A stretch of DNA of 64,000 nucleotides. Origin: Acidobacteriota bacterium (lineage in GTDB: Bacteria > Acidobacteriota > UBA890 > WLXD01). Every line of letters starts with the position of its first letter. Position 1 is the first letter of the stretch. The position numbers were made by a program, and so were the translations under genes. The notes under the pieces are model-generated. The model worked only from the letters and a program-made list of their open reading frames with translations. It ran no database searches and was not told the DNA's origin. This document shows positions 29,169 through 38,072 of the stretch, one piece after another. The stretch covers positions 384,001 to 448,000 of the forward strand of contig CAXWPH010000015.1 of the NCBI GenBank assembly GCA_963666055.2, read 5' to 3'.

Positions 29169-30617
29169 ATGAGCCAAGCACGCATCTGTCCCAACTGTCA
29201 GACTACTGTCCCGGCCGACGCGCCCGAGGGCGTCTGCCCCGCCTGCGCACTGCGCGCTGGATTCGACACCGGGGAAGGGACCGAATCCCCGACCCAGGGG
29301 GCCCCGCCGCGGCGCTCGCAACCGTTGCCGGTCGAAGAGCTCGCCCGCCTGCTCCCAGAGCTCGAGCAGTTCGAGCTGATCGGCCAGGGTGGCATGGGTG
29401 CGGTCTACAGGGCGCGTCACCGGAAGCTCGAGCGGCTGGTTGCTGTCAAGGTGCTCGACTCGGCCCTGCGCAACCACGCTTCGTTTGCCGAGCGTTTCGC
29501 TCGCGAAGCGCGCACCCTGGCGCAGCTCGACCACCCGAACGTGGTGCGGATCTACGACTTCGGCCACCGCAACGATCTCTACTACCTGATCATGGAGCTG
29601 GTCGACGGCGTCAACCTGCGCCAGACAATCGAGGCCGGGGGGCTCGAACCGCACGAGGCGCTCGCAATGGTGCCGCCGATCTGCGAAGCGCTGCAGTACG
29701 CGCACGATCATGGCGTCGTGCACCGGGACATCAAGCCCGAAAATATCCTCGTGGACCGAAACGGCTCGGTAAAGATCGCCGACTTCGGGCTCGCGAAGCT
29801 CGTCGGGGGAGAGCCCGGGCGACGCCTGACCCAGACCGCGCAGATCATGGGGACGCCCAACTACATGGCTCCCGAACAGTTCGAGAATCCGGGCGAGGTC
29901 GACCACCGCGCAGACATCTTCGCACTCGGAGTCGTTCTCTACGAGCTCCTCACCGGTGAGCTGCCGATCGGGCGTTTCCCGCCGCCCTCGAAGAAGGTGC
30001 AGATCGACGTGCGCCTCGACGACGTGGTCCTTCGTACGCTCGAAAAGGAGCCCAGCCTGCGCTATCAGCAGGCCCGCGAGCTGCAGTTCGACGTCGAATC
30101 GCTTTCGACCGGCGGCGACCGGACGGCCGAAGTGCCAGGCGAGTCGAGACCGCGCTCAGAGCGGCAACGAGACTACGAATACCGCTCTGCCGTGACGGTG
30201 TTCGGCTTGCCGCTGGTACACATCGCCTCCGGCCGCGATCCTGAGGGCAAGAGGATGCGCGTCGCCAGCGGCATCATCGCGATCGGCGACGTGGCGATCG
30301 GGGCCGTCGCCATCGGCGTTTTCCCCTTCGGCGGCATCACCATCGGTCCCTTCGGCGTCGGCCTCGTGAGCTTCGGCGGTGCTGTCGCGGGCCTGTTGAC
30401 GGCGATCGGTGGCGTTGCAGTCGGCGGCTTCGCCGTCGGCGGGCTCGCGGCCGGTCTGGTCGCCCTCGGCGTATCGCCCTTCGGCTTCTTTGCGCCGGCG
30501 TTCGCGGTGATCCTGCCAGCGTTGCTGGTGGCAATCGTGGGCCTCGCAATCGGCGCAGTGGCAGCTGCGATCGCCTGGGTAATGGCCGCAAGGGCCCGAC
30601 CCGCTCGGCGCCGCTAA
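29169..30617 (+). CDS. Membrane Ser/Thr protein kinase with N-terminal zinc ribbon
   Basis: CPNC...CPAC, GQGGMG, VHRDIKPEN, DFG, YMAPE; Gly-rich TM C-terminus. Confidence 0.9.
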   Translation: MSQARICPNCQTTVPADAPEGVCPACALRAGFDTGEGTESPTQGAPPRRSQPLPVEELARLLPELEQFELIGQGGMGAVYRARHRKLERLVAVKVLDSALRNHASFAERFAREARTLAQLDHPNVVRIYDFGHRNDLYYLIMELVDGVNLRQTIEAGGLEPHEALAMVPPICEALQYAHDHGVVHRDIKPENILVDRNGSVKIADFGLAKLVGGEPGRRLTQTAQIMGTPNYMAPEQFENPGEVDHRADIFALGVVLYELLTGELPIGRFPPPSKKVQIDVRLDDVVLRTLEKEPSLRYQQARELQFDVESLSTGGDRTAEVPGESRPRSERQRDYEYRSAVTVFGLPLVHIASGRDPEGKRMRVASGIIAIGDVAIGAVAIGVFPFGGITIGPFGVGLVSFGGAVAGLLTAIGGVAVGGFAVGGLAAGLVALGVSPFGFFAPAFAVILPALLVAIVGLAIGAVAAAIAWVMAARARPARRR

Positions 30618-30620
30618 GGG

Positions 30621-30800
30621 TCAACCGCCCGCAAGAGACAGCCGGAAGGCGGCCATCTCCTCACCGTTGCGGACCAGCAGGAGGTCGCCGACCAGCACCG
30701 TGTGATTCCAAGTCTTGCCCTCGATCGCAGAGAGGGCGCGAGCTCCGTGAACCGGTCGGGGCGGCCGCGACCAGCGCCAGCTCACCTTTCTCCGACAGCA
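30621..30800 (-). pseudogene. 3' fragment of a PQQ-like propeller gene
   Basis: LSEKGELALVAA...AIEGKTWNHTVLVGDLLLVRNGEEMAAFRL; no 5' part, internal frameshift. Confidence 0.7.
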
Positions 30801-30818
30801 TGGACACGCTGCCTCCCG

Positions 30819-30880
30819 TGGACCCTCGCGTGCCCCAGAGGTAGGCTTCAGGCGCTCACCCACCCTGCTTCCGGAGCGCC
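30819..30880 (+). promoter_or_regulatory. Conserved kinase-gene promoter/leader
   Basis: TGGACC-17-TAGGCT then TCAGGCGCTCACCCACCCT...GCGCCATG; repeated at 38011 and 53856. Confidence 0.7.
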
Positions 30881-33403
30881 ATGGAACCCGGCACCAAACT
30901 AGGCCATTATGAGATTCTCGCGGCGCTCGGTGCAGGCGGCAGGTCAAGTGTTCGTCTCGGCCGGTGCTACTCGCTTGCAGCGCTGCTACTGGCGATCCTC
31001 ATAACCGCGAGTTGCACAGGGCTTGACCCCGGCCCGTCGCCGTTGAACGCAGAGCTTCCTCTCCACCTCGAGGATCACCTCGATGCTGCAACCATCGTCG
31101 GCTCGGATATTCCCCCCGATGTCCCCGCTACGGTGGAGTGGCGTTTCGATGAACCACCTCCGGAGTGGAAGGTTGCCGTTTCCCCGGACCCATCCTGGCA
31201 CCCATTAGAAGCAACACATACCGAGGATACGCTGCGGCTCTCCCTCACCGAAGCCACCCGCCGCGTGTTCCCGTGGGGACGTAGCGTGTACGGCGGCGTC
31301 TACATCGATTTGCCCGATTGGCAACGTGAGGATTGGGCCTACGTCCTGGTGCAAGCGCGTACCTCGGCAAAGAACCCGTCAGTCGCGGTTCAGTTCAATC
31401 TGCGCGAAGAGGCTGGGCCCACCTTATTCGAGCAATTTCCGTTTCGCTTTTTTGGCGAATTCGCGGATATGGTCAATGACGGCACGGTACAGACGTACCG
31501 GCTGCGGGCCGACTGGTCGGGAGGAACATGGCAAGGTCCATGGCGGCAGCTCGGCCTAACCTTCGCTGCCTCAGAGCCGGCCGGGATCGACCTACTGTCG
31601 GTGCGCGTGATCCCCAAGGAAGCTAACTACGCCGCTGCTTCCGCGGGGGTGCAAACGGAGACGCGTAACCGTGCCTATCGCCGCGCACTCTACATCCATG
31701 CCCCTGGCCGGGTCGACTATCGGGTCCAAGTGCCCGAGGCGGGCCGCCTCGACGTGGGGCTCGGGGTGCTGCGGGACGACGCCCCGGTGACCTTCCGGAT
31801 CACGGCCGCTCCAGCGGGCGGCCAGGCGGAGAGCCTGCTCGAGGAGACCTACGCCGACAAGGAGCGCTGGGACGATCGTTCCGTGGATCTGTCCCATTTG
31901 GCCGGGCGGACAGTGACCCTGCAACTGGAAGCGGAGGCCGAGCGAGCGGGCACCGTGGCGCTGTGGGCGGCGCCAACCGTCAGCGGTTCGCGCACCACCG
32001 ACAGGCCCAACATCGTCTTCTACGTTATCGACGGGGCCGCGGCCGATCTGATGAGCGTCTACGGGTACAACCGCCGTACTACTCCATACCTTGAGCGCCT
32101 GGCGGCCGAGGGCGCGGTCTTCGAACACGCCTATAGCAACTCCTCCTGGACGAAGCCCTCCACGGCATCGTTCATGACCTCGCTGCAGCACAGTGTGCTG
32201 GGCGGCTACAAGACCCAATCCGATCCGCTCCCCGACCAGGCCATGACCATGGCCCAGCATCTTCATCGTGCCCATTACCAGACGGCTGTGTTCGTCGCCA
32301 ACCCCAACGCCGGCACGCTGAGCAACCTGCAGCGGGGGGTCGATCTGCTGCGGGAGGACTGGGTCGAATTCAGCTATTTAGGTGGTGAGAACCACGCAGA
32401 ATCCTCGCGATTTCTGCACGAGGCGTTCTGTAAGTGGCGGGAAGCGTACCCGGCGGAGCCCTACTGGGTGCACTTTCAGACGACCGACGTCCACCAGCCA
32501 TGGAGACCGGTGGCTCCGTTCGCCGGGCTCTACGTCGGCCTGGATGTTGGCCAGCGCGTCAACGAATGGAGACAGCAGCTGGACGCGGCAAGCGGCGGAG
32601 GCCAGTGGTGGACCCGATTCGACAACACCGACATCAGTCGCATTGAGTTTTACGACGGTGCTCGAGGCCTGTACGACGAGGGGATGGCACACAACGACTA
32701 TCAGATCGGCCGGCTAGTAGAGCGTCTCAAGGCAGCAGGCGAGTGGGAGCGCACGCTGTTCATTGTCGTTGCCGATCACAGCCATGGGGCGGCCGGCCTT
32801 CCGCAGCTTGATCCGCCAGCGCCTCCGTGGTCGGGGCCAAACTTCAGCTCCTGGATCACCCGCATCCCGATGATTGTGGTCTGGCCGGAGCGCATTGCTC
32901 CCGGGCAACGCTTCAGCGAACCGGTGTCGATGATTGACATGCTGCCGACGATCCTCGATCTTGCGGGACTGCCGATGCCCGAGGTGATGCAAGGCCAATC
33001 GCTGGCGCCGTTGCTCCGGGGCGAAGAGGGCTTCCAGCCGCGGCCGGTGATCTTCGACGAATTCAACGTCGATTGGGACACGGGCGAGTTACGCGGTTCG
33101 ATCGAGCTGATCGATGGGCGATGGGGCGCGTCGTTAGAGATCAACCCGAGCCCGGAGGACGAGGAGCAGCCTGCCGAAGCGCGCCGCGCCGCCCCGCTGC
33201 TGCTCTACGACCTGTGGAACGATCCCTACTGCTTGAACAGCCTGCACGCCGAGCATCCCGACCTGGTCGAGAAGTACACCGCGTTGCTCGAGGCGCAGTG
33301 GGGAGCGCACCAGGCCCTGGCCCAGCAGTTCACTCAAGGCGGCGAGATACCGCTGACCCCGGAGCAGCTACGGGCTCTTCGGGCACTTGGCTACATCCAG
33401 TGA
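30881..33403 (+). CDS. Sulfatase-like lipoprotein with a kinase-derived first 20 aa
   Basis: RPNIVFYVID, SNSSWTKPSTAS, VADH, IPMIV, LRALGYIQ; lipobox ITASC; starts [20 protein letters not shown]. Confidence 0.85.
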   Translation: MEPGTKLGHYEILAALGAGGRSSVRLGRCYSLAALLLAILITASCTGLDPGPSPLNAELPLHLEDHLDAATIVGSDIPPDVPATVEWRFDEPPPEWKVAVSPDPSWHPLEATHTEDTLRLSLTEATRRVFPWGRSVYGGVYIDLPDWQREDWAYVLVQARTSAKNPSVAVQFNLREEAGPTLFEQFPFRFFGEFADMVNDGTVQTYRLRADWSGGTWQGPWRQLGLTFAASEPAGIDLLSVRVIPKEANYAAASAGVQTETRNRAYRRALYIHAPGRVDYRVQVPEAGRLDVGLGVLRDDAPVTFRITAAPAGGQAESLLEETYADKERWDDRSVDLSHLAGRTVTLQLEAEAERAGTVALWAAPTVSGSRTTDRPNIVFYVIDGAAADLMSVYGYNRRTTPYLERLAAEGAVFEHAYSNSSWTKPSTASFMTSLQHSVLGGYKTQSDPLPDQAMTMAQHLHRAHYQTAVFVANPNAGTLSNLQRGVDLLREDWVEFSYLGGENHAESSRFLHEAFCKWREAYPAEPYWVHFQTTDVHQPWRPVAPFAGLYVGLDVGQRVNEWRQQLDAASGGGQWWTRFDNTDISRIEFYDGARGLYDEGMAHNDYQIGRLVERLKAAGEWERTLFIVVADHSHGAAGLPQLDPPAPPWSGPNFSSWITRIPMIVVWPERIAPGQRFSEPVSMIDMLPTILDLAGLPMPEVMQGQSLAPLLRGEEGFQPRPVIFDEFNVDWDTGELRGSIELIDGRWGASLEINPSPEDEEQPAEARRAAPLLLYDLWNDPYCLNSLHAEHPDLVEKYTALLEAQWGAHQALAQQFTQGGEIPLTPEQLRALRALGYIQ

Positions 33404-33416
33404 CGCCGGGAACGAA

Positions 33417-33473
33417 CTCCTCGTCACCAACTGGTTCGACGAGCTGAAGCGGCTCGTGCCGACGGACCCGTAG
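33417..33473 (+). pseudogene. 3' remnant of a Ser/Thr kinase-propeller gene
   Basis: LLVTNWFDELKRLVPTDP*; 43/47 nt identical to the end of the kinase at 56587-56633. Confidence 0.85.
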
Positions 33474-33505
33474 CGCGTAGTTGTACGGCGTGCTTGAGTA
33501 GGGCA

Positions 33506-33853
33506 ATGGCATTCAATGACCTGGAGCTGAAGCGATGCGAGAAGGCTGTGGGCAAGTACGTCGAGTCTCGTCGCCCGCCGCCACACATTCGCCCCCAGCT
33601 TGATCTGTCGTACCGAATACAGGGGCAGGGCGTAGAAATCTTCGAAGTTCGTCCTGCTTTCAACGACCCCAGCGTGACCATAGAGAACTGTGTGGCCAAG
33701 GCCACATACGTCAAGCGCGCCCAGGTATGGCGGGTCTACTGGAGACGTGCCGACCTCAAGTGGCATCGCTATGGGCCGAGGCCCAACGCCCGTTCAATCG
33801 AGGAATTCCTCAAGATCGTCGAAGAAGACGAATTCCGTTGCTTCTATGGATAG
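33506..33853 (+). CDS. DUF3024 domain protein
   Basis: RRPPPHIRPQLDLSYRI...VAKATYVK...WRVYWRRADLKWHRY. Confidence 0.85.
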   Translation: MAFNDLELKRCEKAVGKYVESRRPPPHIRPQLDLSYRIQGQGVEIFEVRPAFNDPSVTIENCVAKATYVKRAQVWRVYWRRADLKWHRYGPRPNARSIEEFLKIVEEDEFRCFYG

Positions 33854-33908
33854 GCTCAGCGGCTGGCAATAACTTCGAACGATTCGCCCACCCTGCCTCG
33901 GGAGCGCC

Positions 33909-36705
33909 ATGGAACCCGGCACCAAACTCGGCCCCTACGAGATCACCGAACAGCTCGGTGCTGGCGGCATGGGAGAGGTGTACCTGGCGCAGGACACGCG
34001 CCTGGGCCGCAAGGTGGCCATCAAGGTGCTGCCTGCCGAGTTCGCCTCTGACCCCGAGCGCCTCGCCCGCTTCGAGCAGGAAGCCCGCGCTGCCGCCGCC
34101 CTGAACCATCCACACATTGCGGTCGTTCACGATATCGGCACCGAAGGCGGCACCCACTTCATGGTGCAGGAGTACCTGGAAGGAGACACGCTACGGGAGC
34201 CGCTACAGAAAGGTGCGCTGCCGCTCAAGAAGGCACTCGGCCTGGCCACGGAGATTGCCGAGGCGCTGGCAGCGGCACATGCCGCCGGGATCATCCACCG
34301 GGATTTGAAGCCGGAGAACATCTTCGTCACCAAGGAGGGCCACGCCAAGGTGCTGGACTTCGGGTTGGCGAAGCTCACCGAGGTGGCGGGGGCAGGCTCG
34401 CCGGGCGGTGCAACGCAGTCACCGACGATGATGGGGACGGTTGCTGGTCAGGTGATGGGTACTGCCGGCTACATGGCCCCGGAGCAGGTTGAGGGCTCCG
34501 ACAAGATCGACCATCGGGCCGACCTGTTTGCCTTTGGTGCGGTGTTCTACGAGATGGTCACAGGACGGCGGGCGTTTGCGGGCGGCAACATTCACGAGAC
34601 GCTCAGCCAGATCATCAGCAAGACTCCGCAGGCGGTTCACGAGATCCGTGATGATTTGCCGTTGAAGCTCGAATGGATCATCGACAAGGCGCTGGCGAAG
34701 GACGTGAACCGTCGCTACCACACAGCGGGCGATCTCGGAGCTGACCTTCGCCAACTCCACGATGACATCGCAGCGGGTGTGGCGGTCCTGACTGGAAGCG
34801 GCGAGATGGCCATCGCTCCAAGCGCCGTGGAAACGGCTCGCGGCATCTCGTTGAAGCTGGCCGCCCCTGTGGTTGCCGCGCTCATGCTGGTGGCGGTTCT
34901 TGCCACCTGGTGGGCAATGCAGCCGGAGCCCGAGGAGCCCGGAAGCACCATCCGCGTGCAGCTCGACCCCCGCGTCGACACGATCATGAGTAGGAACGGC
35001 TCCGCAGTCGTGCTATCGCCCGATGGACGGCACGTTGCCTACGTCGAGGGTGACCCGAACGATGGAAGCGCGCTGTACCTTCGCGCTCTGGACCAGGAGG
35101 ACTCGACGACACTCGCGTCGTCGGCAACCATCGAGGGTTCGCCGTACCATCCATTCTTCTCGCCCGACGGGCAGTGGGTAGGGTTCGTCACCCCAAGGGA
35201 GCTGAAAAAGGTGTCCATAACCGGAGGCACCCCGCAGTCGATCGCGCCGGTGAACGCGAGTCGAGGTGCGGATTGGGGACCCGACGATACGATCGTCTTC
35301 ACACCAAACCGCACCAGCGGCCTGTTTGTCGTGTCGGCTGTCGAGGGTGAGCCAGGAACGCTCACCGAGCTTTCCGAAGGCGAGCGCAGCCACCGCTGGC
35401 CCCAGTTCTTACCCGGCGACAAGGCCGTGCTATTCACTTCGGCCGGGACCGGAGGCTTCGACGGGGCCAACCTCGAGGTCGTAGATCTCGAGGTTGGCGA
35501 GCGCCAGGTCGTGCACCAGGGCGGCACCTACGGCCGATACGTGCCGACGGGCCATCTGGTGTATTCAGACGCTGGAGCGTTGTTCGCGGTGCCCTTCGAC
35601 CTCGATACCCTGGAGACGACCGGCCCGCCGATACCCGTCGTCGAGAACCTCGCCGCCAACGCTCAAGGCGGGGTCTCGTTCGACTTCTCCGAGACCGGGA
35701 TGCTCATCTATCACATCAGAAGTGGCAGCGCTTTGAGCGCTTTCCAACTCGCCTGGGTGGAACGTGACGGCCAAATCGAGCCGCTGCCCTTCGAGCCGCG
35801 TAGGTCTCAGTACTTAGACCTCTCGCCGGATGACCAGCGCATCGCGCTCCAAATCCGGGGAGATGATGGGGACTGGGACATCTGGATCTACGAGATCGAA
35901 CGAGGGGGCAGCCAGGTGCTGCTGACCACGGAGGGTAACAACCAATTGCCCGTTTGGTCGCCCGATGGAGAGTGGGTCTTCTTTAGGTCGGATCGGGGTG
36001 GCAACAACGACATCTGGAAGCGCCGGGCTGACCGGAGTCTCGACGCCGAGCTGGTGTTGGATGCAGAGGCTCCCGTGGCCCCAGTATCGATCTCGGACGA
36101 CGGTGAGATGCTGCTTTTTATCACCGGGCTTCGGGGGCAGTACGACGTGGGGATACTGGCTCTCGATACAGGTGATACGGAAATGCTCGTCGATACCGCC
36201 GTCACTGAGACTTGGCCCACTTTCTCGCCGGACGGTCGCTTCTTCGCCTTCACTTCGACCGAGACCGGGCAATACGAGGTGTACGTGCGGGAGGTATCGA
36301 GCGGTCGGACATTTCCGGTCTCGATTGCGTCGGTTCGGTGCAGTGCCCACTGTCGCGCGCCATTTCGACGATAGACAAGACGGCCTACGAGTACCCCGTG
36401 GTGGTTTTTTCCCTCGCTGGTCGCAGCATGGAAGGGAGATTTACTACCGATCCCGCGTAGGTCCAGGCATCCTCGTTGCGGAAGTGGATGTGGAGTCGTT
36501 TTCCGCATCCGACCCTGTCGAAGTCTCGGACATCGACATAAGTCGCACTGGCAACTTCGATGTCACCGCCGATGGCGACAAGTTCCTGGTGACGGTGCCC
36601 GCTGGTAGTGATGAGACTGAGGCAACGGCACCCAACACACGACTCAACGTGGTCCTAAATTGGTTCGAGGAGTTGAAGCAGCGCGTGCCGACGGGCGGCT
36701 CCTGA
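33909..36705 (+). pseudogene. Ser/Thr kinase - TM - TolB/PD40 propeller (kinase A), disrupted at ~36325-36387
   Basis: HRDLKPEN, DFG, YMAPE, SPDG repeats; the C-terminus RGGFFPRWS...[15 protein letters not shown] continues in another frame. Confidence 0.8.
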
Positions 36706-36967
36706 TGATCGGCAAGACGCTCGGCCACTACGAGATCCTCGCCCCGCTCGGTGAAGGCGGGATGGGGCAGGTGTACCGAGCACGCGACACGACGCTGGAT
36801 CGTGATGTTGCGATCAAGGTGCTGCCGGAAGACTTCGCCAGCGACGCCAACCGGCTGGCACCACCGGTGCGCCGATGACCTACATGTATGAGGGGAGACA
36901 GTTCATCGTCGTCGCGGTCGGCGGCGTCCACCACGCAGCCGAGTTCGTCGCACTCGCATTGCTGTGA
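36705..36967 (+). pseudogene. Chimera of a kinase 5' fragment and a PQQ glucose/quinate dehydrogenase 3' fragment
   Basis: [28 protein letters not shown]...RLA, then (other frame, 36857-36967) [20 protein letters not shown]...EFVALALL*. Confidence 0.75.
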
Positions 36968-37067
36968 GCGCCGGTGCGTATACGCAGCCAGCCCGGCCGT
37001 GTTGGCTCAGCAGGAGCGCGACGACCAAGAGCACCGTCGCCGGCATGAATCCCTGACGCGGTCGCCG

Positions 37068-37862
37068 CTACACTCCACTACAGGGTTTGAGGGTGACCCA
37101 GATGAGCTCGATCGGCTCGTCGCCGTTGTTGCCCGAGTCGTGCTGCTCCGACAGCTCGACGGCCTCCATCCAGCCGACAGAACCGTCGGGCGAAGGCCGG
37201 GTGCCGACTCTCTCGCTGCCATCGCGACGCCCGGACCACACACCACCCTTGACGTGAACGTAGACCTGCTCGCCCGGGTGGGAGTGCACCCCCTCCCACT
37301 GCCCCGGCTCGACGACGAACTTCTGCACCACGACGTAATCGTTCTCCAGCAGCAGTTCGCCCGGAATGTTCGGATAAAACGTGCCGGTGTGATGGTTCGC
37401 CACTAACGTGCAAGGTTTGAGGGTGATCCAGACCAACTCGATTGGGGTGTCTCCGGTGTTGCCGGAATTGTGCTCCTCCGACAGATCGATGGCATCCATC
37501 CAGCCGACGGAGCCGGCGGGCGAAGGCTGGGTGCCGATTCTCTCGCGGCCGCCACGACGCCCGGACCACACACCGCCCTTGATGGTCACCCAGAGCTGGT
37601 TGCCTGGGTGTGGATGGACCCCCTCCCACTGCCCCGGCTCGACGACGAACTTCTGCACCACGACGCGATCGTTCTCCAGCAGCAGCTCGCCCGGAATATC
37701 CGGATAAAAGGTACCGATCTCCTGGCCAGCAAAGAGCAATCCGGGGAGCGCCAGGATGACGGCGGCCAGCATCATACGGATCGGGTTTCGGGTCGCTGCA
37801 CTCGCGGGTGCTCGGCCCGGAACGCGGCATCGGTTGCCGCTCGTGAGGTCCATGGACGGCAT
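37068..37862 (-). CDS. Secreted tandem cupin protein
   Basis: Two near-identical units LLLENDxVVVQKFVVEPGQWEGVHxHPG...EHNSGN; AGGAG RBS before ATG 37862. Confidence 0.8.
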   Translation of the reverse strand: MPSMDLTSGNRCRVPGRAPASAATRNPIRMMLAAVILALPGLLFAGQEIGTFYPDIPGELLLENDRVVVQKFVVEPGQWEGVHPHPGNQLWVTIKGGVWSGRRGGRERIGTQPSPAGSVGWMDAIDLSEEHNSGNTGDTPIELVWITLKPCTLVANHHTGTFYPNIPGELLLENDYVVVQKFVVEPGQWEGVHSHPGEQVYVHVKGGVWSGRRDGSERVGTRPSPDGSVGWMEAVELSEQHDSGNNGDEPIELIWVTLKPCSGV

Positions 37863-38010
37863 CAGCTGACTCCTGGTCGAAGGACACTTGGGTCGCAGAT
37901 CGGGACACGACTCTATCAACATAAGGCCGCCAGTGGTCAAGAGCACAGTCCGTCCTAGCGCGGAATGATTACTGCGGTTGGATCGCATCAAGATCCGCCG
38001 GCTGCTCCCG

Positions 38011-38072
38011 TGGACCCTCCCCCGCCCTGACGATAGGCTTCATGCGCTCACCCACCCTTCTGCGGTAGCGCC
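38011..38072 (+). promoter_or_regulatory. Conserved kinase-gene promoter/leader
   Basis: TGGACC-17-TAGGCT...CGCTCACCCACCCT...GCGCCATG. Confidence 0.7.

Noticed and set aside
33474-33880. DUF3024 gene as an integron cassette (GTTGTAC upstream)
   Set aside because: There is no complementary GTACAAC after the stop and no attC hairpin; too weak.
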